A stretch of DNA of 64,000 nucleotides. Source: a virus. The notes under the pieces were generated by a model, which did no database searches, had not been told where the DNA came from, and was given only the letters and a program-made list of their open reading frames with translations. This document shows, piece after piece, positions 21,302 to 32,116 of the stretch. The translations under genes were made by a program, and so were the position numbers. The first letter of the stretch is position 1; every line of letters starts with the position of its first letter. The DNA is taken from the IMG/VR virus record IMGVR_UViG_3300034068_001120, positions 1 through 64,000 of that record; one strand, written 5' to 3'.

Positions 21302-24300
21302 TTAATCGCTTAAAAACGTATTAAGTGTTATTCCTGAAAAGGCTTTTCCTGGATTGGGATGCGGTTTTATATCCCAATATGGTTCATGGATAACTTTGGC
21401 ACTACGATGCACTGTTTCGTATGCATATGGTAGTTTATCGTCCATTTTATATTTACGAGACAAGTAACCATACACCATTTGTCTTTCTAATTCAGTGAGT
21501 TTTCTGTCGTAGACTATAACTTCATTAATGACACCACGAAATCCGTATGAAGTATTTGTAATAGCCTGGCTAATCCAAGCAGCATTTCCAAAAGTATGAC
21601 CACTAGAAACAACGGTTGGTCTAAGAAATACTCCAAATCTACCAATATCTAAAGTCAATCCGCTAGTTGGAGTTGGAGATGCAGAATTTAATCCATCTTG
21701 AGTTGAAACAGGAATACCCGTAGATCGAGAACGATTTTCTGCTCTGTCTCCATTTACATACGCATAGAGTGTTTGGGAAGTATCACGAGAAACTTCACCG
21801 ATTATCATTTCCATACACACGCCAGAAACATGAGGATCGTATGCAATACTTGTTGCTAGAGCATTTGTGACTGGGCGAACACCCTTCCAAGGAGCGAAAC
21901 CAAGCAATCCAGTAGAACTACCCCCAATCGAGCTGTATCGCTTAATTCCAGAAACAATAGAGTAATAGTCCACAGTTTGAAAACTAGGAGTGTTATCTAT
22001 TTTATTCCAAGAACGAGAAAATATAACAGAATCATCTCCTAACGTGTGGTATGCATCAGTAAATGGTTTATTAGTACCAACCAATCCCAATCCATTTCCG
22101 TATTCATCACTAGCGTTTCTGAATACTATAAACATATCCATATCTGCCGAAAGAGTCAATCCGTTTTTAAGATAGAAGTGTTGTCCAACCAGCAGTTTAT
22201 CTCCTGTAGAACCAGGACCAAACGTAATTCCCAAAGTGGTAGATCCAAGAGTTAGTCCAGTAGTTGATCCCGTCCATATAGTTTGTGGTCCAAATATCAC
22301 TTCACCATTAAAAGAAATTCCCGTGGCTCCAACAATACCGTTATCATTAATAATTAACGTGGGACGTAATTTATCAATAGTAACTCCCTGAAGACCTGCC
22401 GCACTAGTCCATCTATCCCACTTCGGTGGAATAGCATGATTTAATGAAGCAGAAGCATCTCTCCAGACATCCATACTTGCTCCATTAATCATTGCTCCAC
22501 ATACACCAATATTTTCTGGTTTCAGCCACAGCGTTAACCCAGGAATTCTATTCATGTTATTTCCGATTTCTTGACCGCTCTCGTTTCCTGCTTCCCAAGA
22601 TCCGCTCGATCCAAGCGGAATACCAAGAGGATTGTGTACTATTGTACCATTTTCTGGAACAGTGGCATAAGTTATTCCCATGCACAAACCATAGACTGTT
22701 CCTACTGGAGAAGTAAGACCACGTACGGCAAATGAGGAACTGGAAATATATGGATTGTATCCAATTGGATACAAATCACCTGCAGTTGAACCTATATATT
22801 GAAATCCATAAAACTTTAAATTATATGCAGTTGATCCTGAAGAAAACATAGACACTGTTGCATATAAGATCTGCCCTGCAGGAACTGTAATTGTGCGTGT
22901 TTGTGTGCCTGCTTTAAAATATCTGAGGTTGGTGCCGTCACGTTGTACCGAATAAGATACACCAGAAACTGTGGAGAGCGGACCAACAGGATTAGCACCG
23001 TCTTCAAAGATGTACATTCCATTGCTGTTCATCAACCAAGCATAACACACTCCAGCAGGAAGTACGGCAACTGGAATTGTTACTCCCCTTAATCCAACAA
23101 GAATATTTGATCCTAAATCTAAATTAAATTCTAATCTAAAATCTCCAGTATATCCTTCAACAGATGTTGCACCACCACTGCTCCATGCTGCTGCACCTGC
23201 CGCTATTCCACTTGTGCGCAAAAGATCCAATCTTCCGCTAGTTGTTGCTCCACTCAATCCAGCCCAAGTCAATGAATCAGTGCTTGCAGTATAGCCAGTA
23301 GTAGCCTGTCCGTTTGCTCGCAAATTTAAAGTACTATCTATCCTGTATGGTGCATATTCACCAATAAATGGAGATGGAAAGTCCTTTCTCCATGCATCTG
23401 CATTACTCGTCACCAGTAAATTAGCATTTAGTAAAATCTCACCAAACATTTTCATTCCAGCGGGATGTATTATGGATTTTAATACAGTAAAATACTTATC
23501 AAAAGAAACGTGCGACTGTAGCACATACGAATAATCTTGATAATAATTTCCATCTTGAATCTTTTTATTGGATGATATTTTGCCTTTGTTTCCATAAAAA
23601 TATCCTGGATAATTAGTTATGGCTGTTGGTGTTAGTATAATCCTAGAAGCTGTGTTCACTCCCGATGAAGAAATAACCATTGCCGATACTTCTGAATAAT
23701 AATTAATACCAGAATCCTGGATTGATATTTTCTTAATAGTACCTGCCAAGCCAATAACACTTACCTTTGCCACAAATCCAACACCATCAGAAACAATGAA
23801 TAAATTATCTCCAACCACATAACCTGTGCCTGGCGTATCAATATAAAAATCACCAAGAACACTATATGTTTTCTCTGCGTAATCTGTTGTCGCACTTCTG
23901 GCTATTATATCTGCATCTGGAAGAAATACTCCAATTATATCTGTAAGAAAAAATTCAGTAACGGGAATTCCATGGGCAGAATAACGAACAATATTATCAA
24001 TAGTAGCACTCGCTATAACTAAAGAGGAATCAGTATCAGAATATTGGATCAGTTTTCCGCGCAATGAATTATAGATATCATCCCCAGATAAACATGTAGT
24101 TTTTACTGATTTTGGTTCAACCCAGACACCGCTAGAAATTCTAAGAATATCTTCTTTTGGGGAATAGATTTCTAGATCACTGTTGTACAATACTCTAAAC
24201 AAGAATCTATATGCATTTTCTGTTCCTTTGTTTCCATAAAATTCTCTGATTTTTTTCAGTAATGTAGTTTTATTAGGAGTATATCCCTCTGCATTAATTG

Positions 24301-24577
24301 CTAATACTTCAGGAAATGATTCTGTGTATATATTTTTAAAGTGATCATAGAATTCCGTTAAATTCTTATCAACATCACCAACAGTACCGAGTTTACTGGA
24401 TACGTATCCTGGATTGCCAGGAGATTCCAACCATTCGTAATATGCTTTAATAAACAAGATCAGTTTAGGATGATCTGATTTCATAAACGTAGGAAATTGT
24501 TCCGTAATAAACGGAGATATAATATTTTCCAATTCCTGCATTGGAGTATCTAAAATGATAGACTTAATAGTGCTCAT
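21302..24577 (-). CDS. gp7: Baseplate wedge initiator-like protein with a C-terminal beta-rich extension
   Basis: FIKAYYEWLE, IREFYGNKGT...FLFRVLY, IQDGNYYQDYSYVL...IIHPAGMKMFG; lies between gp6 and gp8. Confidence 0.75.
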   Translation of the reverse strand: MSTIKSIILDTPMQELENIISPFITEQFPTFMKSDHPKLILFIKAYYEWLESPGNPGYVSSKLGTVGDVDKNLTEFYDHFKNIYTESFPEVLAINAEGYTPNKTTLLKKIREFYGNKGTENAYRFLFRVLYNSDLEIYSPKEDILRISSGVWVEPKSVKTTCLSGDDIYNSLRGKLIQYSDTDSSLVIASATIDNIVRYSAHGIPVTEFFLTDIIGVFLPDADIIARSATTDYAEKTYSVLGDFYIDTPGTGYVVGDNLFIVSDGVGFVAKVSVIGLAGTIKKISIQDSGINYYSEVSAMVISSSGVNTASRIILTPTAITNYPGYFYGNKGKISSNKKIQDGNYYQDYSYVLQSHVSFDKYFTVLKSIIHPAGMKMFGEILLNANLLVTSNADAWRKDFPSPFIGEYAPYRIDSTLNLRANGQATTGYTASTDSLTWAGLSGATTSGRLDLLRTSGIAAGAAAWSSGGATSVEGYTGDFRLEFNLDLGSNILVGLRGVTIPVAVLPAGVCYAWLMNSNGMYIFEDGANPVGPLSTVSGVSYSVQRDGTNLRYFKAGTQTRTITVPAGQILYATVSMFSSGSTAYNLKFYGFQYIGSTAGDLYPIGYNPYISSSSFAVRGLTSPVGTVYGLCMGITYATVPENGTIVHNPLGIPLGSSGSWEAGNESGQEIGNNMNRIPGLTLWLKPENIGVCGAMINGASMDVWRDASASLNHAIPPKWDRWTSAAGLQGVTIDKLRPTLIINDNGIVGATGISFNGEVIFGPQTIWTGSTTGLTLGSTTLGITFGPGSTGDKLLVGQHFYLKNGLTLSADMDMFIVFRNASDEYGNGLGLVGTNKPFTDAYHTLGDDSVIFSRSWNKIDNTPSFQTVDYYSIVSGIKRYSSIGGSSTGLLGFAPWKGVRPVTNALATSIAYDPHVSGVCMEMIIGEVSRDTSQTLYAYVNGDRAENRSRSTGIPVSTQDGLNSASPTPTSGLTLDIGRFGVFLRPTVVSSGHTFGNAAWISQAITNTSYGFRGVINEVIVYDRKLTELERQMVYGYLSRKYKMDDKLPYAYETVHRSAKVIHEPYWDIKPHPNPGKAFSGITLNTFLSD

Positions 24578-24578
24578 T

Positions 24579-26396
24579 TTATAAAGTTATTGTTTCTTTT
24601 CTTTTCTCGTATGGAATCATATTAACACTCACAGAATCCGAATATACACCACTAATGCGAAAGATTTTATTCTCAAACACAAAAAGATCTGTATTTTTTG
24701 GCATAACAGTTATTGTCAGGTATTGTTGAGAAGCATTAGAAATAATTGGTAGGAATTTACTATTAAAAGTAACCTTTCCAGTATTATATACAACAGTGCC
24801 AACCGATGGATATACTATCGTTGTGATATTTGTGGTTGCGTCTGTGGATGTTACGTTTAAAACACCCATTCCATTTTCTTGTAGGCGACAATTATTCACT
24901 GTAGTATTTTGTGTATTTTTATGTGTAATTAAACTTGAGGTCACGGCTCCTCCCTCGGCTAGTTCTTTTATTGGATTCATATAAGTTAAACTAAATCCTT
25001 TGGATGCAGAAAACTTGTTTAAGTCTATAGATTTTCTAAGAGAGATAGTGGTTTCATTACTAAGAATAGAAATATCTAATGCATTGATACCCTCAGAGAT
25101 TTTTGATGTGTATAAATTATCACCAAAAGATTGCAATGCCTGTGCAGAATATCCAAACAAGTAAGCAACAATAACTGCCTTTAACGTTCCTGTACTATAA
25201 GCCAATATAGTTGGATCATAAGTTATAATTGTGTTGACTATTATATCAATAAAATCCGCATCCACAATTTCTGGAATTATGCTAACCACTGATGATTTAG
25301 TTCGCAATGTTTGTGCCAATGCATACTTTTCAGATGTTGTTAATGCATCCCCAGAGTTTGGTTTTACGGCAATAAATACTTTTCCATATTGTGGTGGGTT
25401 TGTTGTTTCACCACCATACACCAACACACTATCTGTGTTTGGATACTCTCTCATAACAGCAACACGATAATCTTCTTCGGTTACTGCTCGTCCACCAGAT
25501 TGATAATATTTTGGAGCAAGAAATTTAATCTTTGCAACACTTTCTTCTGCTGCTCCACCAGATGATTGAGATACAACTACTGGAGTATTCAATCCCGCTA
25601 CTACTGCTTCAAAATCTGTAATGCCATTTGCCACTTCGCCATTGGTTTCTAGGTAATCTATAATAACAACATTACCAGCAGTTGGTTGTATTCCCAAAAA
25701 ATTGTCGCCGAAATATAATTCATACATTCCTGCTTCTTTTTCTTGTAGGAAATATACTTTGGATGTTGGAGTAAGATCAATGTATGTTTCTGCTTGAGTC
25801 CATATATCATTTAACCCAGTTTGATCTACTACCGAAGCTTGAACTCGAACTCGAATGGTTGATGTATCTATTTTATCATTTGGAAGAAGAAGAGTATTAA
25901 GATTTTTCTTAATAGGATCATACACATAAGTTATTCTGCGTAATGTTCCTTCTTTTACTTCTACATTTTCAAATACCCCCTCAGAATTGGAATATATTGT
26001 ATTTAATAGAACAAATCTATATGGTACTTTTGCCGCATCTGTTCCTATAAACTCTGATGCATAACTCAAAAACTGATCTGCATTCCCAGATGCTGCTGTT
26101 ATGGTTAGAGTTGCAGTAGCCGCTCTTTTAGATCCTGTAAGATATCCCAGTGTTTTTGCATGAGATACAACACTTGGTCTCATTAAAGCACTATCCAAAA
26201 ACATTTCATTGGCAATCATATTTGAATAGAATGCCTGATAATGTGTATTGTACGCCATAACATCTAGGATAGTATTGAGTACAGATCCGTCAAAGTTATA
26301 ATCTCTAAGTGTATCTTGTGTACTAAGATATGATTTTAAAGATTGTTTGGTTTGATCAAAATCCAAACCAACAACATTGAAACTATTATTTGCCAT
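24579..26396 (-). CDS. gp6: Baseplate wedge subunit
   Basis: LDFDQTK, DYNFDGS, LDVMAYNTHY, NEMFLDSA, RAVTEEDY, YGKVFIAVKP. Confidence 0.95.
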   Translation of the reverse strand: MANNSFNVVGLDFDQTKQSLKSYLSTQDTLRDYNFDGSVLNTILDVMAYNTHYQAFYSNMIANEMFLDSALMRPSVVSHAKTLGYLTGSKRAATATLTITAASGNADQFLSYASEFIGTDAAKVPYRFVLLNTIYSNSEGVFENVEVKEGTLRRITYVYDPIKKNLNTLLLPNDKIDTSTIRVRVQASVVDQTGLNDIWTQAETYIDLTPTSKVYFLQEKEAGMYELYFGDNFLGIQPTAGNVVIIDYLETNGEVANGITDFEAVVAGLNTPVVVSQSSGGAAEESVAKIKFLAPKYYQSGGRAVTEEDYRVAVMREYPNTDSVLVYGGETTNPPQYGKVFIAVKPNSGDALTTSEKYALAQTLRTKSSVVSIIPEIVDADFIDIIVNTIITYDPTILAYSTGTLKAVIVAYLFGYSAQALQSFGDNLYTSKISEGINALDISILSNETTISLRKSIDLNKFSASKGFSLTYMNPIKELAEGGAVTSSLITHKNTQNTTVNNCRLQENGMGVLNVTSTDATTNITTIVYPSVGTVVYNTGKVTFNSKFLPIISNASQQYLTITVMPKNTDLFVFENKIFRISGVYSDSVSVNMIPYEKRKETITL

Positions 26397-26807
26397 TTAG
26401 CGAATCCTTTCTAAAACAACAGACAACCTATCTACTCGTCCAATTGCTCGTATAGAGAACTCCACAGATACCGTATAATAATTTTCGTCATTATTGGCGA
26501 TTACATCCACCTGAACATTATCAACTCGTGGTTCGTGATTATTGATTGTATCGTATATTCGATCTTTGATCTCTATAGTGGTGATTGCATCTATTGGTTC
26601 AAATAATAAATTGCGCAAAGAACCACCCAATCTTGGTTGAAACAATCTTTCTCCAAACGAAGTATTTAATAAATTGGATATAGATCTACGAATAGATTGT
26701 TCGTCCTTTAATAATAAAAGATCACCATTTCTTGGGTTTTTTGTAAAATTTGGATCAATATCTGAAAATATTGTTGTATTTAAAAAATTAGATACTTTAA
26801 TTGGCAT
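26397..26807 (-). CDS. gp25: Baseplate wedge subunit / sheath initiator
   Basis: SISNLLNTSFGERLFQP, LLFEP, HEPRV. Confidence 0.94.
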   Translation of the reverse strand: MPIKVSNFLNTTIFSDIDPNFTKNPRNGDLLLLKDEQSIRRSISNLLNTSFGERLFQPRLGGSLRNLLFEPIDAITTIEIKDRIYDTINNHEPRVDNVQVDVIANNDENYYTVSVEFSIRAIGRVDRLSVVLERIR

Positions 26808-27473
26808 TTATTTCCTATTTGTGTGTGTGAGATGTATGTTTATATTCTTTGTGGTGGCTTCTATAACTTGTTCTAATGAATCTTCGGATATTCCTTCTTG
26901 TTTTATACTATCCAATCCATTCCCATCACACCAATGACAACAAACAAATCCCATAGGAGTAAGACTGTCGCTATATTTCAATGAACTAACCGTGAAATAT
27001 TCTACATTATTTATCTCTAATGCAGATCTAAGAGAACAATCCAACAAAGATTCCACAGAAATAATTTTGTATGGACTAACTTCTAACAAATGCACCAATT
27101 CCATGTATCTAGTGACTAAAACATCCTGCGATTCTAATAGCATCGACTGAATACCTGTAGAAACTGATTCATGTGTTACTGAAAATCGTCTCATTGAACT
27201 ACCGTCGGCAAATATACCACCATTATGAAATTGAAATATTAATGCACGGGAACTACGAGTCACTAATCGCAATTCTGTCAATAGTTCATGTATTTGCGAA
27301 TGTTTATCTTTATTCTTAATATCTCTGGAAAAAAGTTCTTTTATGCTTGGTTTTCTTCTTCGTATTGCTCCAATTATACCCAAGGCTATGCCAAAGATAA
27401 CTCCGCCCAATATTTCCGCCAAAGGACCAATAAAATCTCGCAATGCCGTGTATACTTGTAACATATGAGTCAC
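26808..27473 (-). CDS. Single-TM protein with a probable GAF-like domain (holin candidate)
   Basis: Hydrophobic residues ~15-37 followed by RRRK; IFQFHNGG...FSVTHE...PMGFVCCHW pattern. Confidence 0.45.
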   Translation of the reverse strand: MTHMLQVYTALRDFIGPLAEILGGVIFGIALGIIGAIRRRKPSIKELFSRDIKNKDKHSQIHELLTELRLVTRSSRALIFQFHNGGIFADGSSMRRFSVTHESVSTGIQSMLLESQDVLVTRYMELVHLLEVSPYKIISVESLLDCSLRSALEINNVEYFTVSSLKYSDSLTPMGFVCCHWCDGNGLDSIKQEGISEDSLEQVIEATTKNINIHLTHTNRK

Positions 27474-28540
27474 CTAAATCCTGTATCTGTTGGTGCATGC
27501 TTAGAATCATATGCACGTTGAGCGTATTCTTTGAATTCAGGAGATAACAAATTTCCTGACAACTTTGCTTGTATTTTATTGCATGGATCTGTTCCATCTC
27601 CCACCAAATTAATCAAAAAATTGATTTGTGTGAATTCTGAAATCTTCAGCATGGCTTCTTCCATCAGATCCGTTGCTTTGTTTGTAAGATCGTTCATTGC
27701 ACCAATTCCTTCATTGATTGCTCCTGACACTGCGTCTATTCCATCTGCTATTCCTTTGGCAATATCATCTGCTGCACCCAGATCTGCTGGATTGCCTATC
27801 ATTTTATCAATATCAGCATGAACCTTGGTCATTGCGGCTATTCTTGTTATTCCATCTTCGGTTACAATACTTGCGGCACCACTAATATCTAATCCTTCTA
27901 TACCAAAAGCACATCCAATCTTTCCATATAAATCCATTTGACCCACCATGGACATAAGATTCTTGGGATCACTGAGTCTATCTGCTTCTGCTTTGAATAA
28001 ATTAACTGAGTTTTGCATTGAAACCAAATTACCAGCCATATTATTTATTTTTCCAGTATCAACTCCCATTACTGCAAGTTTATTAAATAATGGCGAAGCA
28101 GGATCGCTGAATACCGCAAATGCCGTAATAGATTTTCCAAGTGCCGCACTCAATGCTCCCGCATTTTTTCCTGCTACATTTTGTATAGGGTTGTTTGTTT
28201 CACACCATGCATGTGCTGCTTTTTCTTCATCTGTAACTGATTTTTTACATGGACATGGTGCGGCTTCATCTACTCCAGACAATAATGTTGGATCTACTGT
28301 AATAGCAGCATTAGATTGTAGTAATGCTGCTTCTGCTGCCGCTGCTGCTTTATCTTGTTTTTGTGCCTCCCATGTGGCAAAATTTGCTGCTGCTTCTTGA
28401 GCAGCAATTTCACTTTGCAATACTGCAAGTTGTGGCATTTCTTCCTTGTTGATTGCATCTTCTTCTTGAACACCCCACGCAGATGAGTTCACTTTTGGTG
28501 TTATTGGCGTTTCAATCGGTTTACCATCTGAAAATCCCAT
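27470..28540 (-). CDS. Hypothetical helical protein in the baseplate operon
   Basis: 356 aa Ala-rich ORF between PAAR and the TM protein. Confidence 0.7.
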   Translation of the reverse strand: MGFSDGKPIETPITPKVNSSAWGVQEEDAINKEEMPQLAVLQSEIAAQEAAANFATWEAQKQDKAAAAAEAALLQSNAAITVDPTLLSGVDEAAPCPCKKSVTDEEKAAHAWCETNNPIQNVAGKNAGALSAALGKSITAFAVFSDPASPLFNKLAVMGVDTGKINNMAGNLVSMQNSVNLFKAEADRLSDPKNLMSMVGQMDLYGKIGCAFGIEGLDISGAASIVTEDGITRIAAMTKVHADIDKMIGNPADLGAADDIAKGIADGIDAVSGAINEGIGAMNDLTNKATDLMEEAMLKISEFTQINFLINLVGDGTDPCNKIQAKLSGNLLSPEFKEYAQRAYDSKHAPTDTGFR

Positions 28541-28544
28541 ATAA

Positions 28545-28805
28545 TTATCCTATTAAAAAGGTAGAAGAACCAGTAGGTGTATGTCCACAAGATGCTTGAC
28601 TTGCTTCTGTGCATACTGGAATACCATTAACAATAAAAGAAGAACTACCATTTGTCATTATGGCATTATTGTGATCTCCTTCACCGTGGTCTTGTATTGG
28701 ATTTCCTTCCACACATATAGGCATACCATCTACCAAGAAGGAATCTATTCCGTCTAATATAAGTCCACCAGCGGTATCCTGAAATGCTCTGCATACTCCT
28801 GACAT
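28545..28805 (-). CDS. PAAR-type spike tip protein (gp5.4-like)
   Basis: 86 aa after gp5; DTAGG, VDGMPIC, HGEGDH, VNGIPVC, ASCGH, GSS. Confidence 0.9.
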   Translation of the reverse strand: MSGVCRAFQDTAGGLILDGIDSFLVDGMPICVEGNPIQDHGEGDHNNAIMTNGSSSFIVNGIPVCTEASQASCGHTPTGSSTFLIG

Positions 28806-28817
28806 ATTATCTCCTTA

Positions 28818-29924
28818 TTAAATAATTACGGACTTTGGGCGAACTACTGGAGGACCAGAATTAACTTCAATTCTCTGTCCAACATTCATAATAGATCCAT
28901 CTGATATAAATGATACTACCTTGCCAGAAAACGCAATATTTTCTTCGGCAAAGAATTCCATCTGTTTTCCAGATGCCTTTAAGTTTCCATCGACTTTAAG
29001 GTTTATGTCTCCCTTTGCGAGAATATTGACTTCTCCATTTAGTTGAATATTTCCTCCACCATTAACTGTAATATTTATACCACCAGAAACAACTAAATCT
29101 ACACCCTCTGATCCAGCAACATAAATCTTCTTATTTCCATAACAGATCTCGTAATCATCTCCCACAATTCTCTGAACTCTTGTGCCATCTGGCGGAACAT
29201 ATGCTTTCGGTGGTGCCGTATATCCATTTCCAATTTCAACAAAAGTGCCAGATGTATGATACTGGTGTATTCTTTCGTGTCCTGGCGTATCATCAAATTC
29301 TTCAATATGTCCGCTTTCAGTGAATCGTACATGATTCTTTGGATAAACTGGATCAAATGGTGTGCGTGGTTCGCTCCATATTTTTCCATTTGCCATATCA
29401 GGAACACTTATGATTCCTTCTTTTCTGCTATAATTTTTGAAATCAACAACAGTACCACCGAATAATCCAGAACCATCAGTTCTTGCTAATCTATTGGTGT
29501 CTTGTTCTCCTGCAATAGAGCATCCCTTTGGTACTATACCTTGAGCAACATCTAATTCTGTAACAGGATATGTACCATTTGGATTATTGAATCCTTTATC
29601 TCGTATCGCACCAGATTGAGGAATTCCTCCAAATGAACCAATAATTATTGGATCTTGTGCTTCTTTTCCATCTCGAAAAAATCCAAATACATGAGATCCC
29701 ACCAACAATCCAGTAGGAGAAGTACCAATACCAGATAATGCGGCACTTGTAATCGGCTGCATTGGATATGCCCATGGAAGAGCCGCAACAGGTAATTCTT
29801 TTAGATCAGTTGAATGATATCCAAATACTCGAACACGACATCGACCCAAAAATAAAGGATCGCTCGTATCCTCTACAACACCATGCCACCAAATAAATCC
29901 AACCTGTCCTAGAAATTCTTTCAT
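28818..29924 (-). CDS. gp5: Baseplate hub / central spike, no lysozyme domain
   Basis: WWHGVVED..DP..LGRCRVRVFGYH, VFGFFRDG, YPKNHV..TESGHIEEFDDTPGHERI, beta-helix-like C-terminus. Confidence 0.93.
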   Translation of the reverse strand: MKEFLGQVGFIWWHGVVEDTSDPLFLGRCRVRVFGYHSTDLKELPVAALPWAYPMQPITSAALSGIGTSPTGLLVGSHVFGFFRDGKEAQDPIIIGSFGGIPQSGAIRDKGFNNPNGTYPVTELDVAQGIVPKGCSIAGEQDTNRLARTDGSGLFGGTVVDFKNYSRKEGIISVPDMANGKIWSEPRTPFDPVYPKNHVRFTESGHIEEFDDTPGHERIHQYHTSGTFVEIGNGYTAPPKAYVPPDGTRVQRIVGDDYEICYGNKKIYVAGSEGVDLVVSGGINITVNGGGNIQLNGEVNILAKGDINLKVDGNLKASGKQMEFFAEENIAFSGKVVSFISDGSIMNVGQRIEVNSGPPVVRPKSVII

Positions 29925-31243
29925 ATAACTCCCATACAATTTCTGCTTAATTCTAATTTACAACTATACAATGTACTTAGTGTATGTTTAATAGAAGTTA
30001 TAATAAAATCTCCACTTAAATTTTCGTCTGCTCTGTTTCCTTGGGCCACATCAGAATGTCCATCTGCCGATATTTTAGGAACAAATACAGCAATAACCTG
30101 TCCAACTCGTTTACGATTATCGCCAAATATTTCTATTATAATTTTTTGAGTTGTCATTGTGTTCATATGATAATTTCTTTTTAACAGAGTAGTCTCTATT
30201 TGCATGTTATCAATAATAGGATTCGCTTTACTATACACAGTATAGGGAGTAACCGCACTATAATGTAGAGACGCTCCCTTTTTTAACATATTTTCTGCGG
30301 GTAAATCTGCAAAACGAAAATGTCTACCCTTTCCTAATTTTTTCTTATCATCAAATATCATTTCTTCTAGAAAATCATTTTGGCGTAATTGTTTTCTCAA
30401 TACATCATGAATCAATAACGAAGAAGATACTGTGCCTTCCATAATATTTTCTGCCATGTCGAATCTTTTTGCTTCGTGTACATCTTGGATTCTGTGATAT
30501 TCAGGTGGTAGAATGGTGGTACTACGAATGTTCTCTCTAGTTGGATTCGGATTTCTAGTAGTAAAATGATATCGAAGAATGTCTCGAGATCCTTCTTCTA
30601 TAATATGTGCCAAACTCTTAAAACAATGACCGTCTAATGTTTCATAAAAGAAAAATGGCATGTAATCTGTAACGGTTAATGAGTATGCTTTTGTTGCCAA
30701 CCAACTTATTGCCTTAAATGGACTATATGTTGCTGGAAGAACAAAACTATAATTATCCTTTGTATTTTCTATTTGAAGTTTTTTACCCCACACGGTTTCT
30801 GAAAAATGTCTGGTAAATATATTAGAAACCATACCAGATACTGAACCAGAAACAGCATAACCACAGCGTTGAGAAAAATTGTAATATCCTCCTTCGCTTA
30901 TAAGATGAAGCACATAACTTTGAGTCTTTCCACTTTCGTAGATCTCAAGATCCTCCAACTTATAAACACGAAAAATCAATGTGGTTTCATTGATTTGTGC
31001 TATATCTGTTTTGAATACCAATTCAATCGTTTCTTGTCCAGTTATTGGAAGAATCTCTGGTAAGTTTACGCCATCTTCAATGTATATTTTTGCCGTGAGA
31101 TTTGGCGAAAACATATCCTCAAATATTTCTATATGTTTAAATATTTTTCTAATATCAACACTTTTATTATTTACCAAAGAGGTAAGCATTAGTTTTTGGA
31201 GCCTATAATCTCCTGGTTTGGTAATATTAGAACCTTGTGGCAT
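29921..31243 (-). CDS. Baseplate hub protein (gp27-like)
   Basis: IEIFEDMFS, LPITGQE, FFFYET..G, LSGDFIITSIKH; lies between gp53 and gp5. Confidence 0.7.
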   Translation of the reverse strand: MPQGSNITKPGDYRLQKLMLTSLVNNKSVDIRKIFKHIEIFEDMFSPNLTAKIYIEDGVNLPEILPITGQETIELVFKTDIAQINETTLIFRVYKLEDLEIYESGKTQSYVLHLISEGGYYNFSQRCGYAVSGSVSGMVSNIFTRHFSETVWGKKLQIENTKDNYSFVLPATYSPFKAISWLATKAYSLTVTDYMPFFFYETLDGHCFKSLAHIIEEGSRDILRYHFTTRNPNPTRENIRSTTILPPEYHRIQDVHEAKRFDMAENIMEGTVSSSLLIHDVLRKQLRQNDFLEEMIFDDKKKLGKGRHFRFADLPAENMLKKGASLHYSAVTPYTVYSKANPIIDNMQIETTLLKRNYHMNTMTTQKIIIEIFGDNRKRVGQVIAVFVPKISADGHSDVAQGNRADENLSGDFIITSIKHTLSTLYSCKLELSRNCMGVI

Positions 31244-31246
31244 ATT

Positions 31247-32116
31247 TTAAACTTTCAACAAATTATCTAATTCTTTTATTGCTCGATCCTTATATTTTGG
31301 ATGAAGTAATTTTATTGTTCGTTTTGTTTCATTTAAATCCATCTCATAAATTAAATTAGATACTGCATAGGCAGTTACGGCATCTCCACTTATACCCATA
31401 TATTTCCCAATATACGTATCATAAAAGTTAGATGCAGTTGCGCCAATCGATGCACCAAAGTCAGTGGTACCATCTAATACATTGTGATAATATCCATTTG
31501 AAATGGACAATGAATCTACTATTATGGTTTCATTTGCTCCTACATCATCTGTGGGTCTATCAACTTTAAAATGATGAGCAGCCATGTACGTTTGTTCTAT
31601 TTTTCGTATATTTATTCCCAGTGTTGCGCCAGTAACTTGTATGTAAGCATTACCTGTAGAAAATTGACTGCTTTGTACAATTAGTTTGCACATCGTAGGC
31701 TCGAAGTCTTCTATTGTAGATGAGGTTCCTGCTTGTGTCAACGTAACACCAGGAATTATATCAGAATCATACAATAATCCACCACTAAGACCAGTAAAAA
31801 ATACAGAATATCCTGTGTACTTTTTCTGAATATATTCTTCCATTGTTGCTGCTGATTTATACCATCCATGATACGGATCTATTACTGTATTCATTAATAG
31901 AACAAGCCAATGAAGCAATGGATCTCCATAAAGACGTTCTGCTATGTGTTCTGGACGTTCTCCATCTTTCACATCGTATAGAATAAAAATTCCATTGCCT
32001 TCTCTGACATTATCGGACAGGGCTACTCGTCTCAACAGATTACGAGCAACAACAGGAGTAATGGTAGTTCCATTGTATATTGGATATTGTAGCACTGGAA
32101 ACTTATTAAAATACAT
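31247..32116 (-). CDS. gp53: Baseplate wedge subunit (LysM-like)
   Basis: MYFNKFP, YDVKDGERPEHIAERLYGD..LHWLVLL.N, NETKRTIKLL. Confidence 0.93.
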   Translation of the reverse strand: MYFNKFPVLQYPIYNGTTITPVVARNLLRRVALSDNVREGNGIFILYDVKDGERPEHIAERLYGDPLLHWLVLLMNTVIDPYHGWYKSAATMEEYIQKKYTGYSVFFTGLSGGLLYDSDIIPGVTLTQAGTSSTIEDFEPTMCKLIVQSSQFSTGNAYIQVTGATLGINIRKIEQTYMAAHHFKVDRPTDDVGANETIIVDSLSISNGYYHNVLDGTTDFGASIGATASNFYDTYIGKYMGISGDAVTAYAVSNLIYEMDLNETKRTIKLLHPKYKDRAIKELDNLLKV

